Part shown: positions 20,259-29,454 of the stretch, piece by piece
Layout: every line of letters begins with the position of its first letter
Numbering within the stretch: the stretch's first letter is position 1
DNA from: Candidatus Cloacimonadales bacterium
Lineage (GTDB): Bacteria > Cloacimonadota > Cloacimonadia > Cloacimonadales > JAFGVF01
NCBI GenBank assembly: GCA_963667035.1
Contig: OY762964.1
Location: forward strand, 2,496,001 to 2,560,000
Direction: 5' to 3'
DNA: 64,000 nucleotides
Position numbers and translations under genes: made by a program
Notes under the pieces: model-generated
The model's input: only the letters and a program-made list of their open reading frames with translations
The model's database searches: none
What the model was told of the DNA's origin: nothing

Positions 20259-22601
20259 TCATTTTTTCTCTATTGCTGAAAATGTTGATTCATATAAACT
20301 GCAAAGATATTCATAAGTGTATTTCTCTCTTACCAGCTTCTCACCCTTCTTTGCCATCTCATCAAGCTTATCTCTGTTTTTAACAGCTAAAATCATCTTC
20401 TCACCCAAAGTATCAATGTCCTCACTTGGGAAAAGATACCCGTTACTACCCTCAATAACAAGATTAGGATCCACTACATCACTTTGAAGTACGGGAGTTC
20501 CACTTATCCAGCTTTCTACGACTACAGCTCCCGAATTCATGAATCGAACAGGTATAACATGGATATCCGAGTACTTAAGCCATCCTAAAACTTCTTCACG
20601 CTCTACCATACCGGTAAATATCACTCTCTCTTCCAGTGCGTTTTCAAAGATTAGAGCTTTCATCTTTGCAATGAATTCCGGTTCATAATCGCTTCTCCCA
20701 ACAAACACTAGCTTTGCTTCAGGGATTTTAGTGGCAACATTCACAAAAGCCTGCAAAGCCAAGTCCTGTCCTTTGATATTGGAAATCCTACCTAAAGACA
20801 AGAACACAAACTCGTCTCCTATATCGTATTTAGAACGAGGATTCTCAACATCAACATCATATTCTTTTAGCAGAATCGGAACAGGAGAGTATCCCACATT
20901 GTCATTAAATCTACGATATAACTCTATTTCCTTATTGGAAATAGCAAATATGAAATCCATATACTTCATGAAAAGTCTCTGATGTATTTTGGGTTTAACT
21001 TTATCCAGAGCATCCTTAGGGATAAATCCCTTTTCTTTGATAATTGTAGCATAATCAAGATAGTCAAAGGAGCATAACACAGTCGGTTTCCCCGATAGTT
21101 TTGCAGCTTTAAAAGCCATCAGATTGTTATAGCTGAAAGCGGGAAACATCATAACAACATCAAATTTACCGAATAGAATTCCAAAGAATACTTCGGGACA
21201 TAGAGTGTTTGTTTTTATGTTTGGGTATTTCTTCTCTTTATCAAGATAATCAGGCATCCTGACAACTTTAATCCCGTCGTAAATCTCTTTATGAGGACGC
21301 TCAATTCTCTTAGGGCAGAAAACAGTTACATCATGTCCTCTTAGCACAAGCTCTCTAGCTTGGAAATATATATTTGTTTCAGCTCCACCCACTTCCGGGT
21401 AGAACCTGTTTGTGACGATTGCTATATTATAGTTTTTACTTACTTTGTTAGCTTTTGTCGCTGTAATCATCTGATTAAGTTTCCTTCCTACCGAATCCCA
21501 CGTATAATCATCCATACATCTTTTTTTGAGATTCTCCCCCATTTGTCTAGCTTCTTCAGGGTTATTAAGCAGATGAATAATTCTTTCCGCATTTTGCTTT
21601 GGATCATCAATGATGGAAATTTCATCTTCACTAAACTCAAAGCCTTCAGCTCCTATTGTTGTAGTGACAATTGGTTTACCAAGTATACCTGCTTCAAGAA
21701 TTCTTGTTCTTGTGCCTGACGCTATTCTTATAGGCAACACAATAAGTTCGGCATCAGAGATTACTTGTTTTATATCCTCCACCGGACCCACAAGATTCAT
21801 TCTATCTTTATAATAAGGCTCCATCTCTTTCAATGGACCTTTACCCACAATATCAATCACTAAATCATTCTCAACAAGATAGTCATGTAAATGAGGATAT
21901 ATGTTCTCACTCAGATTAACAATCGAATCCGTATTGGCAACTGAGTTTAGAGTTCCAAAGAAAAGAATCCTTCTTCTATCGTCCACTTTAGTAGGAATTT
22001 CAGTTTCATTAACTGTGTTAGGTAGAATCAGGTAATTATCTTTGGGCAAATCATTCGCATATTTTTCAATCACCGAATCTCTCTCTACATTGTTTGAGAA
22101 GAGGAATAGATACGGTTTTCTAAAAAGCTTGCTCTCAAACTTTCTGAGTTTTAGTCTCTCAAGATAATAATATCTGTTATCGATTGTAGGATTCTTTTCC
22201 CAAGATAACTCGGCAATTCTTGAAAACAGCATATCCACATCAACAATAATCTTAGTTGTAGGTGAGCATTTAGCAACTTCGCTCATAAGCTGAGCATGAC
22301 TTGTAAACCTGAAGAAAACGTAGTCGAACTTATTATCAATTAGGATTTTTCTAAACTTACTCAATTGGTTCGGGCGATAGTTGAAAATTGCTTCCGGCAT
22401 TAACTTATGGTTTTTCTCCGCAACAAGCTGGAAATCCATTGTTTTAGCGTCTGGAAACGGTTCGGTTAAGTTATGCCATGTTTTTACCAGAAGAAGTGAA
22501 CAGTCAAAGTATTGATTAAGAACTGACCAGATGAAGTTGCTACGATTTTTATCTCCACCCTTTTCGCCAATAAACGGAATATCCACATATAATAATTTCA
22601 A
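20259..22601 (-). CDS. Tandem double GT4 glycosyltransferase
   Basis: Two GT-B units: SGTRTRILEA in the first; FYPEVGGAE...GRISNIKG...SGAVVVES in the second. Confidence 0.88.
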   Translation of the reverse strand: MKLLYVDIPFIGEKGGDKNRSNFIWSVLNQYFDCSLLLVKTWHNLTEPFPDAKTMDFQLVAEKNHKLMPEAIFNYRPNQLSKFRKILIDNKFDYVFFRFTSHAQLMSEVAKCSPTTKIIVDVDMLFSRIAELSWEKNPTIDNRYYYLERLKLRKFESKLFRKPYLFLFSNNVERDSVIEKYANDLPKDNYLILPNTVNETEIPTKVDDRRRILFFGTLNSVANTDSIVNLSENIYPHLHDYLVENDLVIDIVGKGPLKEMEPYYKDRMNLVGPVEDIKQVISDAELIVLPIRIASGTRTRILEAGILGKPIVTTTIGAEGFEFSEDEISIIDDPKQNAERIIHLLNNPEEARQMGENLKKRCMDDYTWDSVGRKLNQMITATKANKVSKNYNIAIVTNRFYPEVGGAETNIYFQARELVLRGHDVTVFCPKRIERPHKEIYDGIKVVRMPDYLDKEKKYPNIKTNTLCPEVFFGILFGKFDVVMMFPAFSYNNLMAFKAAKLSGKPTVLCSFDYLDYATIIKEKGFIPKDALDKVKPKIHQRLFMKYMDFIFAISNKEIELYRRFNDNVGYSPVPILLKEYDVDVENPRSKYDIGDEFVFLSLGRISNIKGQDLALQAFVNVATKIPEAKLVFVGRSDYEPEFIAKMKALIFENALEERVIFTGMVEREEVLGWLKYSDIHVIPVRFMNSGAVVVESWISGTPVLQSDVVDPNLVIEGSNGYLFPSEDIDTLGEKMILAVKNRDKLDEMAKKGEKLVREKYTYEYLCSLYESTFSAIEKK

Positions 22602-22641
22602 CTTAGTTCCCCTATTTGAAGTTAGTTATTATCTACCAGAC

Positions 22642-22670
22642 ATGTTAGAATTGCATATAAAAAATAGCAA
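22642..22670 (-). promoter_or_regulatory. Putative sigma70 promoter of the EPS operon
   Basis: TTGCTA-17 bp-TAACAT on the minus strand, 40 bp upstream of the TTG start. Confidence 0.55.
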
Positions 22671-22792
22671 GTCTTTTTTGGGAGAATTTTACGAAGCACG
22701 AATGTCCATAAATCCTTTACAAACAACAGTTATAGTTGATATATATACTTATACACTGTCATAAATATATTCGTGTAATACATGTCACGTTC

Positions 22793-23797
22793 TTAAACTA
22801 TCCCCTTAATTCTCTCTAATTCGGCATCACAAGCTTTAAACAAATCTTGGACTATCTGCTTTATCGGTTTTACATCTGATATCAAACCAACGCTCTGTCC
22901 CGCCATTAATGAACCTTCTTCCACATCACCATCTTCAACTGCCTTTCTAAGAGATCCCGCCCAATAATTCTCAACTTCATACTGAGCAACTTCTTTGTTT
23001 ATCGAGCCTGCTTCAAGCTTTTTCAGAAGATCCAACTGAAGTTTACCGAAGTTTTCCATACCTTTGTTCTTAAGAGCTCTAACTGCTACAACAGGCAACT
23101 TGGAATCATATTGAGGAGTAGCAATTGCTTGTCTTGCTCTTGCTTTTCTAAATGCCTCTTTAAAGTCAGGATGAGCAGTACATTCTTCACTCATCACAAA
23201 TCGTGTACCCATCTGAATGCCGTATGCTCCCATCATTAAAAGATGAGCCATTATTGCACCGGTAGCCAGACCTCCGGCGACAAATATCGGGAACTCTCTA
23301 AACTTAAACAAGACTTGTTGAAGTAAAACGATTAGGGACACATGTCCTATATGCCCTCCGGCCTCGCTTCCCTCCAGGATTAGAGCGTCAATACCCCATC
23401 CGATCTGTTTTTCTGCAATTGATGCCGTTGAAGCAAAGGATATTGTTTTCTTTCCGGATTGTTTCATTGTTTGCACATCTTTCTTTGTCGGAAAACTACC
23501 GGCAAAAATTACAAATTGTACTTTCTTTCTTAAAAGTATCTCGAAATGAGCTCTATAGTTTGGAGCTATCGTGATTAAATTAATAGCAAAGGGTTTATCA
23601 ATATTTTCGACCAATTTGTCAATCTCTGACTCAAACAATTCAGGAGGCATATTCCCTCCTGCAATAACAGGAAAAGCTCCTGCATCACTCACAGCTTTTA
23701 CAAGATTAAAATCGCTTATCCAAGTCATTCCTCCGGATAACAAAGGATACTCTACCCCTAAGAAATCTTTACCTTTTTTGTATATTTTGTGATTCAT
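22793..23797 (-). CDS. fabK: Enoyl-ACP reductase II / nitronate monooxygenase family
   Basis: GGMTWIS, EGSEAGGHIG, AGG, GIQMGTRF and GSLMAGQSVG motifs; start ATG 23797 after GGAGGAG. Confidence 0.8.
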   Translation of the reverse strand: MNHKIYKKGKDFLGVEYPLLSGGMTWISDFNLVKAVSDAGAFPVIAGGNMPPELFESEIDKLVENIDKPFAINLITIAPNYRAHFEILLRKKVQFVIFAGSFPTKKDVQTMKQSGKKTISFASTASIAEKQIGWGIDALILEGSEAGGHIGHVSLIVLLQQVLFKFREFPIFVAGGLATGAIMAHLLMMGAYGIQMGTRFVMSEECTAHPDFKEAFRKARARQAIATPQYDSKLPVVAVRALKNKGMENFGKLQLDLLKKLEAGSINKEVAQYEVENYWAGSLRKAVEDGDVEEGSLMAGQSVGLISDVKPIKQIVQDLFKACDAELERIKGIV

Positions 23798-24061
23798 TAC
23801 TCCTCCGATAGGCTTTATATATATAATATTAATGTAATTATTCCCATTTCCCACAAATTATCATAACATCTAATTAACTACGCTCATATAATCCCCATAT
23901 CATTAAGAAAATTACAACATCTCACTTCGAATAATCTTCCGGATTACTATCAAAAAACCATCTTATTTTCCTGTAAAGTCCTGATGCAGGTAGACACTTT
24001 TTATCATGGATAAGTTCTCTAAAGAACGAAAGTTGTCCACAATATGGTTTTACTTGCATGA

Positions 24062-24955
24062 CTAAGATGCAAGTGCCTTATTATAAAATTCATTAGGTGT
24101 TTTAAGCTTTAGTGCACAATGCAAGCGTTTATTGTTGTAAAGATAAACTGCATCGGCGACTACTTTCCTAGCTTGTTCTATATCTCTGAATTTATCTCTC
24201 AAATAAAACTCATACTTTAGAGTCCTATTGATTCTCTCGGCTATCGCATTGTCGTAGCATTTGTTAGGACCGGTCATGCTTATATCTACTCCACACTCTT
24301 GCAATCGATTAGTATAGATTCCTGAAGTGTATTGAGAACCTTTATCAGAGTGGTGTATCAAGCCGGGTGCAGGCTTGATACTCTTATAAGCTTTATTGAA
24401 GGTTGCAAGTGTACTTTCTGCCGTCATGTCTTTCTGTACTGTAAAACCAACAATCTTACGACTGTAATAGTCTGTCATTATTGATAGATAGCAATGCTTG
24501 CTATTTACTAACTGCAAATAGGTTATATCTGTTACCCAAACCTGATTAGGTCGAGTTACTGTCAGATTCTCTAATAAATTTGGATATACTTGATGATCCG
24601 GGTCAGAGACAGATGTATATACCTTACGAGGCTTATGTTTAAACATCAAACCATGAGCTCTGAGTATATCAAAAAGCTTATCGCGTCCAACTGTGATTGG
24701 AACTCCATATTCAGGGTCAAGAAGATGCTCCTGTAATTTACGACCTCCGGTCTCCGGTATTTCTGAACGTATAACCATTACTTTAGAGATTACCTTTTCT
24801 TCAAAATCTATCTTTTGCTCTAAGACTTTCTTCTCTTTGTAATAGCTTTTTCGGCTACATCCGAGTGCTTTGCAGGACGCTTGGACTCCGATTCGAGTTC
24901 GCTCTCTTGTTCTCTGATTCTTTGAAGTATCGACTGCCCTAATGCGCTCTTTTTT
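24062..24955 (-). CDS. IS3 OrfB integrase-core DDE transposase (expressed via -1 frameshift)
   Basis: WVTDITY, HHSDKGSQY and DNAIAERINRTLKYE motifs; frame open from the A9G run at 24949-24958 (CKALGCSRKSYY). Confidence 0.9.
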   Translation of the reverse strand, partial: KKERIRAVDTSKNQRTRERTRIGVQASCKALGCSRKSYYKEKKVLEQKIDFEEKVISKVMVIRSEIPETGGRKLQEHLLDPEYGVPITVGRDKLFDILRAHGLMFKHKPRKVYTSVSDPDHQVYPNLLENLTVTRPNQVWVTDITYLQLVNSKHCYLSIMTDYYSRKIVGFTVQKDMTAESTLATFNKAYKSIKPAPGLIHHSDKGSQYTSGIYTNRLQECGVDISMTGPNKCYDNAIAERINRTLKYEFYLRDKFRDIEQARKVVADAVYLYNNKRLHCALKLKTPNEFYNKALAS

Positions 24956-25287
24956 TTTAAGTCAATACCATATTTGTCCTTGGCTATATCTATCAAAGCT
25001 TCATAAACTACTGCCTTTACTTGGGCATCATCTAAGGCTTGCTTTAACATTTTTACTTCTCTTTTAAGTAATATATTTTCTGTCTCTTCTGTTTTTGACA
25101 TAACATGTACCGTCCTTCCTATCCGATCATTTATTCCGTATTCATTAATCCAACGTTTCAAAGTAGAGGAGCCACCTATGTTGTAAATAGTTCTTGCTTG
25201 GGAGATAGTTAGAACTCCATCCTCAATCTCTTTAACTACTTTACGTTTAAATACTTCACTATAACATAATGCTGTTTTCTGTTTCAT
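24820..25287 (-). CDS. IS3 OrfA (HTH DNA-binding)
   Basis: YSEVFKRKVVKEI...WINEYG; coiled coil; LKKK codons at the slippery site. Confidence 0.88.
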   Translation of the reverse strand: MKQKTALCYSEVFKRKVVKEIEDGVLTISQARTIYNIGGSSTLKRWINEYGINDRIGRTVHVMSKTEETENILLKREVKMLKQALDDAQVKAVVYEALIDIAKDKYGIDLKKKSALGQSILQRIREQESELESESKRPAKHSDVAEKAITKRRKS

Positions 25288-25350
25288 TTTCTGTAAACCT
25301 TTAATTTCTCTCAGTTATATATGTGTCTACTTTATTTAGGACGTTGTATC

Positions 25351-25442
25351 CTCTCGGGTTAGTCTCCCGTTGATCTCCCGTTGGTCTCCCGTTGCGAGCA
25401 ACGGGATAGAAACCGGAGAAAAATGAGAGAAAAACTTCCGAA
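25351..25442. repeat. Head-to-head arrays of 11-bp repeats (palindromic element A)
   Basis: GTCTCCCGTTG/ATCTCCCGTTG/GTCTCCCGTTG (25362-25394), CGAG, then inverted degenerate units CAACGGGATAG/AAACCGGAGAA/AAATGAGAGAA. Confidence 0.8.
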
Positions 25443-25772
25443 AAATCGGTAGTTGGAAGTATACCGGAAGGGGAGCAGAAAGAAGAAATTATTTAGGGAG
25501 TAAAAAAGAAAAGTGTGTAAACCTCACAATGCGATTAAGCATATTATAGATAATAAAAAGGAGGTTCACGCACATGAATAGTGATTAAAGTATTATGAAT
25601 AATCCTGATTGTGAGATTACTATGCATTATAAGTGTTTATTTACACTTCTTCAGAAATAAACATATTATCAATAGGTAATCGTAGCTCCATTGATACTTA
25701 GTGAGTAATCTTTTGCTTGACATCTGTAATTCAAGATTTAACAAGTATTAAGTAATAATTAATGGAGGTAAC

Positions 25773-26414
25773 ATGCGGAGATTGTTGATATTAACAGCCT
25801 CAGTACTTGCTCTTTTTCTTGGTGCCTGTAGTAAATCAGGAGCTGATTTAATAGTGCATAACGGTACAAATAATAGATTATGGGTCACATTACAAGGAGA
25901 ACAAACACTACTTAATGGAAACGAAACTATCACATCGCATTACTCTACTTCTACTCAAACGGTCTTTACCGGAGAAGTAAAGAAGAAAGTTAATATAGGT
26001 TTGTATGGTGAGACATTCAGAATTTGGAATGGAGTAACCGAGGAGTTTGTTAATGACACGACCGTTGAGTTAAAAGCAGGAGAAAAATCACATGTTTACT
26101 GCAACCCAATGAGTGCTTGTCTTAAAATAATTAACAATTCCACTGCCAATGTAAATACAATTAAATATATTTATGTATATAATAATGATGCTAGTGAACC
26201 TGTTACAGTGTCACTTGATGATCCGATTGAAGAGAACGAAGAATGGTTTATGCTTATAGATTATTACTCTGATAGATTCTTCTACTATGATATAGAACTC
26301 TATCTTGATAACGATATTGTCCTTCACTACGGCGATGAGAACACTACCAATTTGAAGATTGATCAGGTTTATACAATTACAATTGAAGAAGAGGATTTGG
26401 GGAGTAAAAATTAA
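25773..26414 (+). CDS. Hypothetical lipoprotein
   Basis: GGAGG RBS; lipobox LGAC; beta-rich body; overlaps the ruvB start. Confidence 0.8.
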   Translation: MRRLLILTASVLALFLGACSKSGADLIVHNGTNNRLWVTLQGEQTLLNGNETITSHYSTSTQTVFTGEVKKKVNIGLYGETFRIWNGVTEEFVNDTTVELKAGEKSHVYCNPMSACLKIINNSTANVNTIKYIYVYNNDASEPVTVSLDDPIEENEEWFMLIDYYSDRFFYYDIELYLDNDIVLHYGDENTTNLKIDQVYTITIEEEDLGSKN

Positions 26415-27436
26415 TGCTCGAAAGAATTGCAGATCCTGTTGAAAAGCTCAACGAAAAAGATTTTGATAGAGCCTTACGTCCGAAAACATTAAGAGATTTT
26501 GTAGGACAGGAGCAGTTAAAAGAACTTTTGGAAATCTCTATTCAAGCAACAAAGCTCAGAAACGAGCCTTTGGATCATATTCTGTTTTACGGTCCTCCCG
26601 GCTTAGGTAAGACGACCTTAGCAAACATTATTGCTAATGAGCTTAATGTTAGTATTAAAGTTAGCTCCGGACCGGTCTTGGAGAAACCATCCGATTTAGC
26701 GGGAGTACTAACTAATATGGGAACTCACGAAGTTCTTTTCATAGACGAGATTCACAGAATGAATCATGTCATTGAAGAGTACATCTATCCTGCCATGGAA
26801 GACTTTAAGATGGAGATTATCCTTGATAACGGACCTAGTGCAAGAAGTGTAAACATTGATCTAGAACCATTTACTATGATAGGAGCTACAACAAGAGCCG
26901 GACTCTTAACGGCTCCTTTAAGAGATAGATTCGGTATAGTACTCCGCTTAAATTACTACGATGTTGAATCCATTAAGACAATAATATTCCGCTCTGCCAG
27001 AATCATTGGAGTTCCAATTGATGAGGAAGGAGCTATGGAACTGGCTCGTAGAAGTCGCGGAACTCCAAGAATAGCTAACCGTCTTCTAAGACGTGTACGT
27101 GACTACGCTCAGATTAGGGGAGATGGAATCATCACAAAAGAGATAGCTTTAAAAGCCCTTTCAATGCTCAATGTGGACAGTGCCGGATTGGATGAGATGG
27201 ATAAACGTATTTTAGCAACCATCATCGAAAACTATCATGGTGGACCTGTAGGCGTGAAGACACTTGCAGTTGCTGTAGGAGAAGATTCCGGAACTATAGA
27301 AGAGATTTTCGAGCCTTATCTGATTCAACAAGGCTTCCTTGAAAGAACCATGCAAGGGCGTAAAGCAACTCTCAAAGCATACAAACACCTTGGAATAGAG
27401 GTTCCCGGTGAACAAATGACAATCTTTGAGGACTAA
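26414..27436 (+). CDS. ruvB: Holliday junction branch migration helicase RuvB
   Basis: LRPKTL, GPPGLGKTT, FIDEIHR, GATTRAG and RGTPRIANRLLRRVRD motifs. Confidence 0.98.
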   Translation: MLERIADPVEKLNEKDFDRALRPKTLRDFVGQEQLKELLEISIQATKLRNEPLDHILFYGPPGLGKTTLANIIANELNVSIKVSSGPVLEKPSDLAGVLTNMGTHEVLFIDEIHRMNHVIEEYIYPAMEDFKMEIILDNGPSARSVNIDLEPFTMIGATTRAGLLTAPLRDRFGIVLRLNYYDVESIKTIIFRSARIIGVPIDEEGAMELARRSRGTPRIANRLLRRVRDYAQIRGDGIITKEIALKALSMLNVDSAGLDEMDKRILATIIENYHGGPVGVKTLAVAVGEDSGTIEEIFEPYLIQQGFLERTMQGRKATLKAYKHLGIEVPGEQMTIFED

Positions 27437-28897
27437 TTGTCGGAACACTCAATATTTAGTTCTGCTCGTTGGACAGTCATCTCTTCTATCATCAGAAAGC
27501 TGTTCACTTTCTCCTTATTCTTTGTACTTGTTAGAGTCTTGAGTAAGGATGATATAGGCCTTTTTAGAGAATTCAGTCTGATCATTGGTTTTGCTTCTAT
27601 TTTTTCTCTAGGTAGCTTAAACTATCATCTGATAATTAGCAAAGAAGATATCAATTCGAACCTGAAAGCAATCTTTAATCTGATGATGATTGGAAGTTTG
27701 ATTACATGTGGAGTTTTGTTTGTCATAGCTCCTTATGTGAGTGATTGGTATAATAACGAGATCCTTTCAAAAATAATCAGGCTAACCACAGGTCTATTGC
27801 TAATTGAGAACCTGCGAAAACTTCTTACTGCAATCTTACAAAGAGAGCTTAAGCTAAAACAACTGGCAAATGCCCAAACGGTTAATGTAATATTTTATTG
27901 CTTGCTAACTTTAGTTGTTTTGTTATTCAAGAAGAATGTTTGGGTTCTGATACTTGGATTTTATAGCGGGAATATAGTTGAATTATTGTTAATGCTCTGG
28001 TATGCAAAAGATACATTTACCAAGTACAAAAGCTACTCGGGAACAAGAAATTCAATACAATCCTACCTTAGATTGAATAAGCGGTTTTTAAGTGTTGCTT
28101 GGCTAAACAACGTTATAAATTATTTTTCGGGGAATCTACCTATCTTAGTATTAGGTATGATTTTTCCCGTTGCAAGTATGGGTGTATTCTATCTGGCTAA
28201 TCAAATTATAATTATACCAGTAATTGTTATAACTACTGCCCTACTACAAGTATTCTTCCCTACATTTTCGAGGAAGGGAACAGGCGAAATTGCCAATCAT
28301 TTCTTTGAGTTTAACAGCTTTATTCTATATGTAGCCTTCCCGTTACTAAGTCTGTATACTCTTTATGCCTATTCATATATACCCGTATTCTTCGGGACAA
28401 AATGGGCAGAAACCGGAGACTTTATATTACTCCTCTCGTTTACTGCAGCTTTTAGCCTGTTAATGACCCCGGTAAGCGGAATACCATACTCAATGCAAAA
28501 GCCGGGAATAGAGTTATTCTGGTCTGTTGGAAGCTCAGTCCTGAAATTGATAGCAGTGTTGATTTTATCAACATATGGATTCATCTATTCAATAGCGGGA
28601 TTTGTCTTGGCATCAATAATCTCACAGATAGCTTTCCTATTCATTATAAGGAAATTGTTAAGTATAAATCATGGAAGTCACTTGAAAAAGTTTGTTCTTA
28701 AATTGATGCCTACAGTAATTCTTAGTTTTGCATCTTTTATATTGTACACATGGAATGCTCTTTGGGCCCCTCCGGTATCTACAGCACTTATAATATTATA
28801 TTTTATAATACTTTATATGCACCCCGGATATAATTTGCAGTATGTTATTAATAAGGCTTTATCTGTTAATCGAAAAAACCATCAGCAAAGTTCTTAA
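27437..28897 (+). CDS. Oligosaccharide flippase (WzxC-like)
   Basis: About 14 TMs; LVRVLSKDDIG, LQRELKLK, GVFYLA and FFGTKW; TTG start right after the ruvB stop. Confidence 0.8.
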   Translation: MSEHSIFSSARWTVISSIIRKLFTFSLFFVLVRVLSKDDIGLFREFSLIIGFASIFSLGSLNYHLIISKEDINSNLKAIFNLMMIGSLITCGVLFVIAPYVSDWYNNEILSKIIRLTTGLLLIENLRKLLTAILQRELKLKQLANAQTVNVIFYCLLTLVVLLFKKNVWVLILGFYSGNIVELLLMLWYAKDTFTKYKSYSGTRNSIQSYLRLNKRFLSVAWLNNVINYFSGNLPILVLGMIFPVASMGVFYLANQIIIIPVIVITTALLQVFFPTFSRKGTGEIANHFFEFNSFILYVAFPLLSLYTLYAYSYIPVFFGTKWAETGDFILLLSFTAAFSLLMTPVSGIPYSMQKPGIELFWSVGSSVLKLIAVLILSTYGFIYSIAGFVLASIISQIAFLFIIRKLLSINHGSHLKKFVLKLMPTVILSFASFILYTWNALWAPPVSTALIILYFIILYMHPGYNLQYVINKALSVNRKNHQQSS

Positions 28898-29204
28898 AAC
28901 GTGCAATTTCATTCTCAAGACTTTGAAATAAATCCATAAAATCATTCTTTCTTGTTTCTTTAGCAGCCATCTCAAGTTGCTTTGCAATATCAGAAATCGC
29001 ATCTAAAGATAGATTAGCTCCAGTTCCCTTAACTGTATGAGCAATAATTCTAACGTTCTCAACATCATCCGAAATAATAGCCTTCTTTAAAGTACTCATA
29101 TCATTAGGAATTTCGTTGTAGAAATCTTGAAGAAGCTCTTTAATGAAATCCATATCCCCAATTCGTTCCATAGCAGTCGCTTCATTAAACACCAATGTAC
29201 TCAT
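28866..29204 (-). CDS. Stand-alone Hpt phosphotransfer protein
   Basis: AHTVKGTGANL...AKQLE motif; GGAG RBS. Confidence 0.9.
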   Translation of the reverse strand: MSTLVFNEATAMERIGDMDFIKELLQDFYNEIPNDMSTLKKAIISDDVENVRIIAHTVKGTGANLSLDAISDIAKQLEMAAKETRKNDFMDLFQSLENEIARFKNFADGFFD

Positions 29205-29407
29205 TCTTTCTCTCCGTAGAATAATAGTTTTGCGTTAAATTAATTCAGACAAGCCATTTGTAAAGATTTTTCTCATTTAGCAAAAGCTGTTATCTTTATG
29301 TTAGTACAAGTAATAAATAAATATGTGTATTTGTTTCATGATAAACCTGATTAGATTATCCCATACGTTTGTTCCCATAATAAGATATGGACGAAGTTGA
29401 TTATTTG

Positions 29408-29436
29408 TTGACATCGGTGTTAATAGTAAATATACT
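29408..29436 (+). promoter_or_regulatory. Sigma70 promoter
   Basis: TTGACA-17 bp-TATACT, 18 bp upstream of the hybrid kinase ATG. Confidence 0.75.
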
Positions 29437-29454
29437 TTATCGTGAGGTATCAAA

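Larger units (their letters stand above)
23972..25348 (-). mobile_element. IS3-family insertion sequence (1377 bp)
   Basis: Imperfect IRs TGTAAAGTCCTGATGCAGGTAGACAC / TACAACGTCCTAAATAAAGTAGACAC (18/26); 3-bp TSD TCC at 23969-23971 and 25349-25351; orfA/orfB layout. Confidence 0.92.

Noticed and set aside
22602..22790. Sigma54 promoter for the EPS operon (as in syp)
   Set aside because: No GG-N10-GC motif seen; a sigma70-like promoter is present instead.
25351..25442. CRISPR array (also considered for 47933-48022)
   Set aside because: Units are 11 bp with no unique spacers, and there are no cas genes in the window.
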